A stretch of DNA of 64,000 bases from an uncultured delta proteobacterium (GTDB lineage Bacteria; Desulfobacterota; Binatia; DP-6), in assembly GCA_963815115.1 (NCBI GenBank), contig CAWFFN010000008.1, positions 704,001 through 768,000 of the forward strand, given 5' to 3'. The position numbers and the translations under genes were made by a program. Each line of letters begins with the position of its first letter. Positions within the stretch are counted from its first letter, which is position 1. A model generated the notes under the pieces. The model ran no database searches. It was given only the letters and a program-made list of their open reading frames with translations, and was not told the DNA's origin. Shown piece after piece: positions 29,990 to 39,505 of this stretch.

Positions 29990-30620
29990 GACTCGAACAC
30001 ACGATGCGGCCCCGGAACACCTTCTTGCGATGCCACGCCGCAACCCCCCCACGCACCGGAGGCTCGCCCGCTTGCGGCCCCACGAGGGGCGCACCGCTGA
30101 CCCGCAGGAAGCGGGCCTCCCATTCGCCGCCGCCCCGGAAGTCGCGGGACACCGGGACCTTGTGATCGTCGGAGCTCGCGATCGCTCCGAGGTCGAACGC
30201 CCTGTGGTGCAACGAGCAGAGGGAGAGACCGTTCTCGACCACGTCCGGGCCGCCGTGCGAGAACCACTTCACGTGCGCGGCCTCGATCCCGTTCTGATCT
30301 TCCCGACCTGTCGGTCGTACGCGCACACGGCGCACCGGTATTCGTAAGCGCGCAGCACCGCTGGAGCGAAGCCAGGATCGCGCCGCGCGCGCGCTGGGTA
30401 CGACTCGGCCGGTCGCTCGGCGACGCCGACGTCCAGACCGACCTTCGTCAGGATATCAGGATGCAGTGAAGTCGGAAGTGCTCCTCGAGAACCGTCCTGG
30501 CGACACGTGTCACGAATTCCGGGTCGGCCCGCAAGGTCCGATCCACCGATTCGGGGAATCCGCCACGGACCCCGTCCCGTCGCAGCTCGGTCATCTTGGG
30601 GTCGGTATTGCTGCGGCGCA
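29990..30620 (-). pseudogene. HNH restriction endonuclease remnant (resembles phosphorothioate-dependent SBD-HNH type)
   Basis: RRDPGF..VLRAYEYRCAVC / IEAAHVKWFSHGGPDVVENGLSLCSLHHRAFD..WHRKKVF, frameshifted and 5'-truncated. Confidence 0.75.
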
Positions 30621-30646
30621 TCCGCCCCGGGCATGGTCCCGCTCGC

Positions 30647-31288
30647 TCACTCCATCATCGTCCGGAGCCGCTTCGCCGGATCGTCGAAGTGCACCGCTGC
30701 GGGGTCGAAGTCGTCAGCGTCGTACGTCCCGCCCGCCCACGTGAGCATCGCATCGTGCTCGTCGTGCTGCGGATCGGCGATCGCCGCCAGGAACTCCTCG
30801 AAGCCTCCGATCCCGCCGCAGTCCTCGGGCGGACATCGCCGCGCGCCGCCGACGCAGCGCGGGTATTTCGCCTCCGCCTCTCGGCGCGACCGGCCCTCGA
30901 ACGTCACTCGATGGACCCAGTCGTCACCGAAGTCGTACACGTAGCGTACGGTCACGCCCGGTTCGCGGAAGTACGGCGCCACCGGTAGCAGCCAGCCCGG
31001 CGCCATCGGGCGCTCGTCCGGGAACTCATCGTCCGGGATGCCGACGCGCACCACGTCGCCTGTCGACGGATCGGTCACTTCGAACTCGTGCAAGTGGCTG
31101 TCGAGCCACCCCATCGCATCCTGGATGGCCACATGCAGCCCCCAGAAGTCGTACGTGGCAGGGATCTCGATGCGACGCCAGATCGGCGGCTCGGTCTCCT
31201 CCAGCGTGACGGTGAAGCGCAGCACGGTGTCGAACTCCTCGCTCGGTCGGGAATGCGGCGCTCTTTTTTGCGGCCAGCGCTTCGCCAT
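30647..31288 (-). CDS. Second pRiA4b ORF3-family protein
   Basis: PPIWRRIEI..HLHEF..YVYDFGDDWVH..CPPEDCGG. Confidence 0.9.
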   Translation of the reverse strand: MAKRWPQKRAPHSRPSEEFDTVLRFTVTLEETEPPIWRRIEIPATYDFWGLHVAIQDAMGWLDSHLHEFEVTDPSTGDVVRVGIPDDEFPDERPMAPGWLLPVAPYFREPGVTVRYVYDFGDDWVHRVTFEGRSRREAEAKYPRCVGGARRCPPEDCGGIGGFEEFLAAIADPQHDEHDAMLTWAGGTYDADDFDPAAVHFDDPAKRLRTMME

Positions 31289-31773
31289 GTCGCTGCGGTA
31301 GCAGAACGTGGGCCGACCGTGTAGTCCGGCGCGGGGCCGGACGTCAGGCAACGCGTCGACGCCACGCCGGTCCCACTCAGCCCCTGGGGCCTTCGGCGGC
31401 GTATCCAGAGAGCAGTTGCCGGGCGGAGTCTTCCAGCAGGCAGCGGGCTATGAGGGGGGGGCGAGCCCCTGGCGCCGGCGATCGCCGAGGTCGCAACAGG
31501 CTGGTTCCGGCGTCGCGTTCCTCCGGACATCCGATGTACCGACCACGCGGTGCGCTCCCTCGAGGCGCGCTGTGGGCCTTTGATCGCGGTGGGTCGTCCG
31601 CGACGGCACGCCGCTCGCTGTCAGCCTGAGCAACGATGCGAACACGACCGAAGCGGTCTACGGGCCAGCTCGCGGGCGCGTGTTTGCGGCACGCGGGCAT
31701 CCGGGCAGTGCTGCGCCGAGTGGTGGATGGGTGAAGAGACCGCGGCGTTGGCCGCTTTGGCTCGCCGCAACTA

Positions 31774-32715
31774 TCACGAGCCCTTCCTGAACATCTCGTA
31801 GCGTTCCGCGAGAAAATCGCGACTGGGCCGGAGCTTCGGGGAGTGGGGAAGGTGAGCCACTTGCCGGCGATGGAAGCCCTGCAGTCCGTGCACGAGCATT
31901 GGGCCGTCTTCCTCCTCGAGCACGTCCTGGCGCACCTCGACCTCGAGATCCGGGCTCACGCCCAGCACGTGCGCGTCGAAGGCCGCGTGATGAAGCCCGC
32001 ACAGCGTCAGCCCGTTGGGCACGATCGGCATCCCGCGCGGATGCCCATCGGGCAGGATGTGCGCAGCCTGGAGCAGCTCTTCGTGGCCCAGGCGGCAGAT
32101 GGCGCAACGCGTGTGATAGGCATGCAGCACCCGGAGGCGAAACGACTTCTGGTGGAGGCGCACCAGCGACTGTCGGGTGACCCAGCGGCGCGTGTCCTCC
32201 AGCTCGGCCTCTGCAGCGATCGTCGCGCCCGAGAGCGGGCCGCTCAGCGCGGCTGGCAGGCCGATCTCGACCGTGAACGTCAGAGCCGCCGGATCGTCGT
32301 GCACGACGTACGCCGGCCACTCGGACGAATACCACCCCGGCGCCAGGCCGTAGAGGTAGACGAGCGGCGTCCGCGTTCGCATCGCCTCGCGCAGCCCCTC
32401 GTTTTCGGGATGTGCGCGATCCGTTCCGCGGTACTTGTAGAGGATCAATCCTTCTGAGTCCTGCTCATCTTCGTACGGCCGCGCCCGCCCCTCGACGATC
32501 GGCGCGGTGCGCATCGAGAGTGGTAATCGGCACACGGCGGGCTTGAAGATGCCCTGCTGGCTCACGAGAGGCACGCGTCGACCCTCGAAGTCGAAGCCCG
32601 CGAGCAACACGCGCCATGGGATTCCGTTCGGGTGGATCTGGCTCAGCCGAACAAGAAAGGCGAAGGCCCGCGTTCTGACGCGCTGGTCGGCGGCGTCTGC
32701 CGAGACTGGCCCCAT
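31774..32715 (-). CDS. HNH endonuclease, putative modification-dependent restriction enzyme
   Basis: RLHQKSFR..CAIC..AAHIL..NGLTLCGLHHAAFD; N-terminal GIFKP..YKYRG..N.GLR domain. Confidence 0.85.
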   Translation of the reverse strand: MGPVSADAADQRVRTRAFAFLVRLSQIHPNGIPWRVLLAGFDFEGRRVPLVSQQGIFKPAVCRLPLSMRTAPIVEGRARPYEDEQDSEGLILYKYRGTDRAHPENEGLREAMRTRTPLVYLYGLAPGWYSSEWPAYVVHDDPAALTFTVEIGLPAALSGPLSGATIAAEAELEDTRRWVTRQSLVRLHQKSFRLRVLHAYHTRCAICRLGHEELLQAAHILPDGHPRGMPIVPNGLTLCGLHHAAFDAHVLGVSPDLEVEVRQDVLEEEDGPMLVHGLQGFHRRQVAHLPHSPKLRPSRDFLAERYEMFRKGS

Positions 32716-32883
32716 GGACGGCGATGCACCGCGTATCCTGGGTCGGATCGGAGGTGCAAGTTCCTCTTGGTCGTGAGCGCTCGCTCGGCCCGCATCTCCC
32801 GCGCGCCCGTGTGGTGACGTCTGATCCTTCCCCGCCCCCGGGTCGATCCCCTGATGCCATCCAACAGCGCGGTCAGACGATCG

Positions 32884-33180
32884 TCAGTGCTCGTATCGCG
32901 CCGTCAACGCACGAGCGATCAGCGGCCGCCAGCGCCGCCGGGAGCCCGCTGCATCCGCTTGGTGTGCGGCCCTCGCCGCTGCCGGAATCACTGGGGCGAG
33001 CGCCCTCAGAACCTCGTTGACCGATGCGCCATCGGGGAACACGTCGAGGACGTCCGGATCGACAACGATCACGTTCGCTCCCTGAGCGTACCGAGCGGCG
33101 GTGACACCCCGCTCGCCCTTCGCGAAGTCATACTCCGCACGTATCGTGTCGCGATCGGCCTCGCCGAGCCCCGTCTTATT
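32884..33180 (-). pseudogene. BrnA-like antitoxin, start lost at the IS3 boundary
   Basis: IRAEYDFAKGERG..VVDPDVLDVFPDGASVNEVLRAL; no start codon before IS3 end. Confidence 0.65.
32902..32967 (-). repeat. Degenerate integron attC-like site
   Basis: minus strand GCACACC-AAGCGGATGCAGCGG..CCGCTGATCGC..GTTGACG; 66 bp, paired L boxes with unpaired bases, R'' mutated. Confidence 0.55.
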
Positions 33181-33220
33181 AGAGCAGCGTGGTCTTGCCC
33201 CGTCCGGGCGAACACCTGAG

Positions 33221-34102
33221 TTAAGCCGCTGCGCGGCGATTCCAGTATCGGTCCTCGTAGTCGACGGGGCTCATCATGTCGATGGCTGAGTGCCGACGCT
33301 GGCGGTTGTAGACGGCTTCGATCCAGTGAACGGTCGCCGTCCGTGTGCGAGCCCGGGTCGGCCATGACCGGGGCTCGATGAGCTCGAGCTTGTAGGTCGC
33401 GAAGAAGGACTCGGCGAGGGCGTTGTCCCAGCAGACGCCGGTCTTTCCCATTGACTGTTTCACGCCGTGCGCATCGCACAGTGCCCGGAACTCGGCCGAG
33501 GTGTATTGGCTTCCCCTGTCCGAGTGGAAGATGACACCCTCAACGTTTCCGCTGCGCGTAGCGACGGCCATCATCAACGCATCGCACACGAGCGATGCGC
33601 GCAAGTGACCGGCGAGGGAGAATCCGATCACGCGACGCGAGAAGACGTCGATGACCGTCGCCAGGTACAGCCAGCCCTCCCACGTGCGGATGTAGGTGAT
33701 GTCGCCGACCCACAGCATGTCGGGGGACGGCGCTTCGAACTTCCCATGCACGAGATCGGGGATCGCCGGCGGTGTCGGTTCCGGTGTCGTCGTACGGACC
33801 CAGCGCGGTGGGCGACGACCTCGCAGGCCCGCTGCCTTCATCAACCGCGCTACGCGCTTGCGGCCGACCTCGTGGCCCTGGGCCTGCAACTCAGCCAGCA
33901 CGCGGGGCACGCCGTATTGGCCGTCCGACGCCGCATGGATCGCCTTGATCTTCGCCAGCAGTGCCGCATCGTCTCGTTCACGCTGCGACGGCGGCCCGTC
34001 CTGCCACTCGTAGTAGGCGGTGCGGGAGACCTGGGCGATCCGGCAAAGCTGCGTCACCGAATACCGACGACTCTCCGCCTCGACGAACCGGTACCGGCTC
34101 AT
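33221..34102 (-). CDS. IS3 OrfB DDE transposase
   Basis: WVGDITYI, HSDRGSQY, CWDNALAESFFATYKLE. Confidence 0.95.
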   Translation of the reverse strand: MSRYRFVEAESRRYSVTQLCRIAQVSRTAYYEWQDGPPSQRERDDAALLAKIKAIHAASDGQYGVPRVLAELQAQGHEVGRKRVARLMKAAGLRGRRPPRWVRTTTPEPTPPAIPDLVHGKFEAPSPDMLWVGDITYIRTWEGWLYLATVIDVFSRRVIGFSLAGHLRASLVCDALMMAVATRSGNVEGVIFHSDRGSQYTSAEFRALCDAHGVKQSMGKTGVCWDNALAESFFATYKLELIEPRSWPTRARTRTATVHWIEAVYNRQRRHSAIDMMSPVDYEDRYWNRRAAA

Positions 34103-34416
34103 CGGGTCTCCATCGCGAAGAAAGCCGCCGCCCGCTTCAAGATGTCCCGCTCGTCGCGGAGCACCCGCACCTCGCGCCGCAACCGCCGCAGCTCCTCGCG
34201 CTCCTCGGTCGTCAGCCCCTCCCGTTCGCCCGCGTCGACCGCCACCTGCTCGACCCAGCGGCGCACCGCCGTCTCGCTCAGGTCCATCTCCCGACAAATC
34301 GTCGGGATCGTCCGGTCACCCTGTCGCACCAAGGCGACGACCTCGGCCTTGAACGAACTCGTGAACGATCGCCGTGGGCGGCGACTCGCTCCCTTGCCCT
34401 CCACCTTCTTCCGCAT
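34099..34416 (-). CDS. IS3 OrfA
   Basis: RRSFTSSFKAEVV..ELRRLRREVRVLRDERDILKRAAAFFA; ATGA overlap with orfB. Confidence 0.92.
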   Translation of the reverse strand: MRKKVEGKGASRRPRRSFTSSFKAEVVALVRQGDRTIPTICREMDLSETAVRRWVEQVAVDAGEREGLTTEEREELRRLRREVRVLRDERDILKRAAAFFAMETR

Positions 34417-34550
34417 CCGAACACCCTCCTCGTGGGCTCACGCCCACATCTGGGGTGTTCGCCGGTCGGGGGCAAGTCCAACCCCAGCAGGGCTCTCTCA
34501 GCTTCGTCTGTCGGCTTGACCACGACGGCGGCACGGCACCATACTCGAGC

Positions 34551-34757
34551 ATGTCGCGTGGTGCGGCCCCTGTCTCCCCTGAGGAGTTCATTCTGTCGGT
34601 GCTCTCGCCCGAGGATCGGCTGGAAGCGGCATTCGCCGTCGCGCGCGAGGCCTTCAGGGGCTCGACACTCACCCTCGATGACATCGAGGCGGCGGTGCGG
34701 AAGGTGAGGCGGCGGCGAGTGTCCGCCGGACGACGTGTCCGAGCGGGCCGTCGTTGA
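34551..34757 (+). CDS. Putative small antitoxin
   Basis: LTLDDIEAAVRKVRR; overlaps PIN toxin start. Confidence 0.5.
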   Translation: MSRGAAPVSPEEFILSVLSPEDRLEAAFAVAREAFRGSTLTLDDIEAAVRKVRRRRVSAGRRVRAGRR

Positions 34758-35199
34758 CACCGGGATCATCGTCTCCGCTCTCGCGTTTGGCGGAACTCCA
34801 CGTGCTGCCTTGCGCGAGTTGATTCGCCGATCCGTCCTGTTCGTGTCCCCGGCGCTCCTCGACGAGTACCGTGCGGTTCCGGGGGAACTGCTCGCGGCCC
34901 GCAAGATCACCCAGGAACAGTGGCGCGTCCTCGTCGCCGGGACGGGGGCCTTCGTCGCGAGCGCTCGGACAGTTACGCCCGCCGTTCGGGTTCGGGCTTG
35001 CCGTGATCCCGGTGACGACATGGTGCTCGAGTGCTGCGTCGCCGCGCGAGCAGACCTCCTCTTGACCGGTGATCGCGACCTCCTCGACCTCGATCGGGAC
35101 CTTCTCGGCGCTGCGGGCCTCGGGAGCTTGCGCGTCCTCACACCGCGCGCCTATCTCGCATCAACCACACGAGTGCCAAGGAAGCCTCGGAGCAGGTAG
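34735..35199 (+). CDS. PIN-domain toxin (PIN_3 type)
   Basis: AVVDTGIIVSAL..CRDPGDDMVLECCV..LLTGDRDLL. Confidence 0.88.
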   Translation: MSERAVVDTGIIVSALAFGGTPRAALRELIRRSVLFVSPALLDEYRAVPGELLAARKITQEQWRVLVAGTGAFVASARTVTPAVRVRACRDPGDDMVLECCVAARADLLLTGDRDLLDLDRDLLGAAGLGSLRVLTPRAYLASTTRVPRKPRSR

Positions 35200-35228
35200 C
35201 TCAACGACTGGCCGCTCAGCTGCGGCCG
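35199..35228 (-). repeat. attC-like 3' half (L'/R')
   Basis: minus strand CGGCCGCAGCTGAGCGGCCAGTC-GTTGAGC; GTTRRRY matches exactly. Confidence 0.5.
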
Positions 35229-35632
35229 GGCAAGATCTCCACGACCCCTGGGGTGCTCGATTCGCTCCGCACGAACGCAGCATGCACTCGATTCATCCGG
35301 CGAAGGTAAGTCTCTGGATCTACATCGAGCATCCGCAACCGGGCCGAGCACCACGCACCCCGGAAGTGAATCCTGAGGCGACCGTCATTCGCAAGCGCGT
35401 TGCGGACCCAGTGGGCGCGCGCGCCATCCTCAACGACGACGATGATTCGGCCGCCGTCGTCGAGATATCCCACCGGGACGCGGCGCCGCTCACCCGATCG
35501 ACGACCGACTGTTTCGACGATCAGCGCGTTTCCCCGCGTGTACGGAGGCCGCGGGATGCCAGCGAGAAGGGCTAGGTTGGTGACCGCGTTCGCGAGACGT
35601 ACGACCGGCTTCGGAAGCTTCGGAAGTTGCAT
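35216..35632 (-). CDS. Deazaflavin (F420)-dependent nitroreductase family protein
   Basis: IVETVGRRSGERRRVPV..AHWVRNALA. Confidence 0.8.
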   Translation of the reverse strand: MQLPKLPKPVVRLANAVTNLALLAGIPRPPYTRGNALIVETVGRRSGERRRVPVGYLDDGGRIIVVVEDGARAHWVRNALANDGRLRIHFRGAWCSARLRMLDVDPETYLRRMNRVHAAFVRSESSTPGVVEILPGRS

Positions 35633-35641
35633 CTATGGCTC

Positions 35642-35810
35642 TCACACGCTCGGCGCCGCCTTGCGGAGGACGATCGCGGTGGCGAGCCCTTGGAAGCCCC
35701 CGCCGGCGATGGCGACGTCGACCCCGAGATCACCCGCGAGTGCCGGGCTGGGAAGGTGGGGACCGTACTCGGCCAGCCACAAGGACGGTGGAGAGTCCGA
35801 CAGCGGCATG
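35642..35810 (-). pseudogene. FAD-dependent oxidoreductase N-terminal fragment
   Basis: SLWL..LAGDLGVDVAIAGGGFQGLATA then stop. Confidence 0.65.
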
Positions 35811-35982
35811 GAGCCCTCCTTCGACGACCGCACGTCGAGCACCGTCTAGCACGCGCAGCGGATGCCGTGGAGTAGCTCGGGCCTTCGCCTTGCCTCGAGT
35901 CCCTTCTCCAGTCAACCTGGGCTTTCCAAGGTCGGAGCGCGTTTCGTCAACCGAGGCTTCCGCTCGGACCTGAGGAGGACGC

Positions 35983-36687
35983 ATGGATCTGTACATGCCG
36001 CTTGCGGAAGCGATGCGAACCCAGCGCTCCATCCGCCGCCTCAAGCCCGATCCGGTCGATGATGCCTTGATCATGAAATTGCTCGAACTCGCGCTCAAGG
36101 CACCCTCGGGCGGCAACCGCCAGAACGCGGAATTCGTCGTCGTACGAGACCCAGCGGTCAAGAGAGGACTTGGGCGGCTGAACCGCGTCGCGTGGGGTAT
36201 GTACGGTCGAATCTGGAAGTTCTTCGCCAGGAACGACGCGAAGACCCTCCGCGCCATGAAGGCGGTAGACTGGGAAGCCGATCACTACGCAGAGATCCCC
36301 GTCCTCATCGTGGCGTGCCTCCGATGGACGGCGTACGGCCCCATCGTGAGCGGATGGCGTCCACCCTTTCCCCCGTTTCTCGCGGGCATCTACTACGGCT
36401 CCATCTTTCCAGCAGTGCAAAATCTGCTGCTTGGAGCCCGAGCGGCGGGCCTCGGTGCTTCGCTGACGGTCATGCCTCTGTGGAGCGTCTCGCTCGCACG
36501 TCGCGTTCTCGACCTGCCGTTGTGGGTGTCTCCGGTGGCGGTCATCCCGATTGGTTGGCCCGTCGGACGCTATGGCCCGACCACCCGGGTTCCCGTGGGC
36601 GACGCGGTGCATTTCGACCAGTACGGCAACAGGCCGTACCGGGGGATGACGGCCGACTCCCTCGCAACCGGCGGTGGCGCGGTGTAG
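35983..36687 (+). CDS. Nitroreductase family protein
   Basis: TQRSIRRL..APSGGNRQ..VQNLLLGARAAGLG..IPIGWP. Confidence 0.9.
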   Translation: MDLYMPLAEAMRTQRSIRRLKPDPVDDALIMKLLELALKAPSGGNRQNAEFVVVRDPAVKRGLGRLNRVAWGMYGRIWKFFARNDAKTLRAMKAVDWEADHYAEIPVLIVACLRWTAYGPIVSGWRPPFPPFLAGIYYGSIFPAVQNLLLGARAAGLGASLTVMPLWSVSLARRVLDLPLWVSPVAVIPIGWPVGRYGPTTRVPVGDAVHFDQYGNRPYRGMTADSLATGGGAV

Positions 36688-36882
36688 ACGCGTCTCTTCG
36701 CGTCGGCTTGGCGTGGTAGGACGCGACTTTGTCGGACCGGTCACGTTCTCCCAGGCCACCTCGGCACCGATCTGGTTAAAGCAATACGGCGACTCGATCC
36801 GAACTGTGCTTACCCGACGCTTTCGTTGTTCACACCGAGGGCCAGCACATGCGTGGCCGGCGAACGGCAGGACCCCCGACGG

Positions 36883-38823
36883 ATGAGCAGCTACGTGGTG
36901 ACGGGTGCGACCGGGTTCATCGGTCGCCACACGGTGCGGGCACTCCTCGCGCGCGGTGGTGTTTGCCACTTGGTGGTGCGCGAGGAGTCGTGGCATCGCC
37001 TGGATCGCCTGCTGGACGAGTGCGACGCGGCACGCGAACGAATCCATGCCCTAGTGGGCGACGTCACGCGGCCCGACGTCGGGCTGTCGCGCGACCAGGT
37101 TGCCGCCCTGCGGGGCGGTGTCGATCACTTCCTCCACCTCGCCGCGGCCTGCGACTGGCGCACAGCCGAGGCCACGGCCCTGGCGGTGAACGTCGAGGGC
37201 ACACGGCATGCGATCGAGCTGGCGCGGCAGCTCCAGGTCGAGGGCGGCTTCCATTTCCTCAGCTCCATTGCCGTCGCCGGCCGGTACGCGGGCCGCTTCA
37301 CCGAGCACATGCTCGACGAGGGGCAGGCCTTCGACCACGCCGTCGGCGAATCGAAATGTCGCGCCGAGGCACTGGTGCGCGCGGTTCGCGACCTGCCCTT
37401 CCGCATCTACCGGCCTGGCATCGTCGTGGGCGACTCGCGCACCGGCGCCGTGGACGAGGCCGACGGGCTCTACCGTCTCTTCCCCTTCATCCATGAGCTG
37501 CGTGGTCTGCTGCCGCAGTGGGTACCACTCGTCGGTCTCGAGGGTGGAGTCCTTCCCGTCGTGCCGGTCGACTTCGTGGCCGCGGCGATCGACCACCTGG
37601 CACACGCGCCGGGCCTCGACGGCAAGACCTTCCAACTGGTGGACCCGGGGGCACCCACAGCGGGAAAGGCCTTCAACGTCCTCTGCGCGGCGGCGCACGC
37701 TCCCGGGTTCGTCCTACGGCTCGGCGTGCCCGACCTGACGTCGTTCCTCCCGGGCCCGGTGCGGGAGCGGCTGCCGCACGCAATCCGCCTCCTGCCCGAG
37801 GGGATCCTGACCGAGCTGGGCATCCCCCCCGAAGCGCTCGCGTCGATCTACGGCAGGACGGTCTTCGATGCGGCCGAAGCCCGCGCGGCGCTGGCGGGAT
37901 CCGGAGTCACGTGTCCGCCGTTCGAGAGCTACGCGGCACGCCTCTGGCAGTACTGGGAGGATCACCTCGACCCGCAGGCGCACCGTCCGGCAGCGCGCCG
38001 CGGCCGCCGGCGTCAGCTCGACGGCCAGGTGGTCGTCGTCACAGGCGCCTCGGGTGGTATCGGGCGCGAGGTGGCGCGCCAGGTGGCGGCGCTCGGCGGC
38101 CGGCCGCTCCTGCTGGCACGGCGCCAGAAGGAGCTCGCCGAACTGGCGGCCGAGATCCGCGACGCGGGTGGCCAGTGCGGCGATTACCCCATCGACCTGA
38201 CCGACCTTGACGCCTGCGACCGTGTCGTCGAGCGCATCCTCGCCGAGCATGGCCGGATCGACGTCCTGGTCAACAACGCCGGGCACTCGATTCGCCGCGC
38301 GGTCGAGCTGTCGCTGCACCGTTTCCACGACTTCCAGCGCACGATGCAGCTCAACTACTTCGCGCCGGTGCGTCTCATCCTGGGGGTCCTGCCCGGCATG
38401 CGCGTGCGACGCCAGGGGCACATCGTCAACATCTCGACGGCCGGGGTGCAGTTCGGCGCCCCGCGCTTCGCGGCCTACGTCGCCAGCAAGGCAGCCCTCG
38501 ACGCCTTCTCGCGCACACTCGCCACCGAGGTGATGGGCGACGGCATCCACGTGACGACGGTCTACATGGGCCTCGTCCGCACGCCGATGATCGAACCGAC
38601 CCGCGTCTATCGCCACGTACCGGCGCTGAGCCCCGCGCGAGCCGCCCGCCTGGTGGTCGATGCGCTGCGTACGCGGCCCGCCACGGTGTCGACCCCGTTC
38701 GGGACGTTGGCCGAGGTGCTGCACGTCCTCGCGCCGGATGCCTCCGACCGGATGCTCAACGTCCTGTACCGGATCTTCCCGGCCGGGGATTCGCCGGACC
38801 AGGGCCGGAGCGGAACGACCTGA
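36883..38823 (+). CDS. Two-domain SDR, fatty acyl-CoA reductase-like
   Basis: N-terminal TGATGFIG/IYRPGIVVGD and C-terminal TGASGGIG, NNAGHSIRR, YVASK, LVRTPMI. Confidence 0.85.
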   Translation: MSSYVVTGATGFIGRHTVRALLARGGVCHLVVREESWHRLDRLLDECDAARERIHALVGDVTRPDVGLSRDQVAALRGGVDHFLHLAAACDWRTAEATALAVNVEGTRHAIELARQLQVEGGFHFLSSIAVAGRYAGRFTEHMLDEGQAFDHAVGESKCRAEALVRAVRDLPFRIYRPGIVVGDSRTGAVDEADGLYRLFPFIHELRGLLPQWVPLVGLEGGVLPVVPVDFVAAAIDHLAHAPGLDGKTFQLVDPGAPTAGKAFNVLCAAAHAPGFVLRLGVPDLTSFLPGPVRERLPHAIRLLPEGILTELGIPPEALASIYGRTVFDAAEARAALAGSGVTCPPFESYAARLWQYWEDHLDPQAHRPAARRGRRRQLDGQVVVVTGASGGIGREVARQVAALGGRPLLLARRQKELAELAAEIRDAGGQCGDYPIDLTDLDACDRVVERILAEHGRIDVLVNNAGHSIRRAVELSLHRFHDFQRTMQLNYFAPVRLILGVLPGMRVRRQGHIVNISTAGVQFGAPRFAAYVASKAALDAFSRTLATEVMGDGIHVTTVYMGLVRTPMIEPTRVYRHVPALSPARAARLVVDALRTRPATVSTPFGTLAEVLHVLAPDASDRMLNVLYRIFPAGDSPDQGRSGTT

Positions 38824-38833
38824 CCGGCGACGG

Positions 38834-39420
38834 TCAGCGGCAAACACCCTGCGCGACGAGCGCCTCGACCTCGGACTCGGCGAGCCCCAGCACGCGCGTC
38901 AACACCTCCACGGTTTGCGCGCCGAGGCCGGGCGCGGGCGCGGCCGGCGCCATGCGCATGCGGCTCATCCGAATCGGATTCGCGGTGTGGCGCGCCGCGC
39001 CGGCCTCGGGGTGCACGACGGTGACGAATGCGCCCCGCGCCGCCAGGTGAGGGTCGGCGCGATGCTCCTCCGGACCCTGCACCGGCATCGCCGAGACACC
39101 GGCGGCCTGGAGGATGGCGGCGGCTTCTTCGGGCCCCCGCGCCCGCGTCCAGGTGGCGACCCGCTCGTCGAGCACGGCGCTGTCGGCAAGGCGACCCTCG
39201 AGGGTCGCGAGCCGCGTCTCCGGCGGCCACCCCACCACCTGCCGGAAGCGCTCCCAGGCGTCATCGCCGACTACGGCGATAGCGCACCACATATCCTCGC
39301 CCTTGCACGGGTAGACCCCGTGCGGACAGGCGTAGTCGACGGCGTTGCCACGCTGGCGGGTCGGCCGGCCGGTCAGCGCCCGCTCGAGATAGAACTCGCC
39401 CATCACGCTGTCCATGCCCG
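38834..39420 (-). pseudogene. Family III CoA-transferase C-terminal fragment
   Basis: PHGVYPCKGEDMWCAIAV..DPHLAARG..APGLGAQT; N-terminal half absent. Confidence 0.75.
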
Positions 39421-39505
39421 AACTCCGCGAGTCACCGCGACCTACCCGAGCCGTCGTCCGCAAATCAACCCGCCGGAGCTCCCGCTCCCCATCGGCAGGG
39501 AACGC

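Larger units (their letters stand above)
33190..34480 (-). mobile_element. IS3-family insertion sequence, apparently complete
   Basis: Imperfect terminal IRs TGGTCTTGCCCCGTCCGGGCGAACACC / GGTGTTCGCCGGTCGGGGGCAAGTCCA; orfA and orfB intact; no target duplication seen. Confidence 0.92.

Noticed and set aside
30341-30347. Extra TTCGTAA cores (also 10810-10816)
   Set aside because: 7-bp matches without flanking similarity could be chance; the 30341 one lies within HNH coding sequence
38660-39505. 605-aa hydrolase with long N-terminus
   Set aside because: The extension overlaps the reductase end and the antisense CoA-transferase fragment
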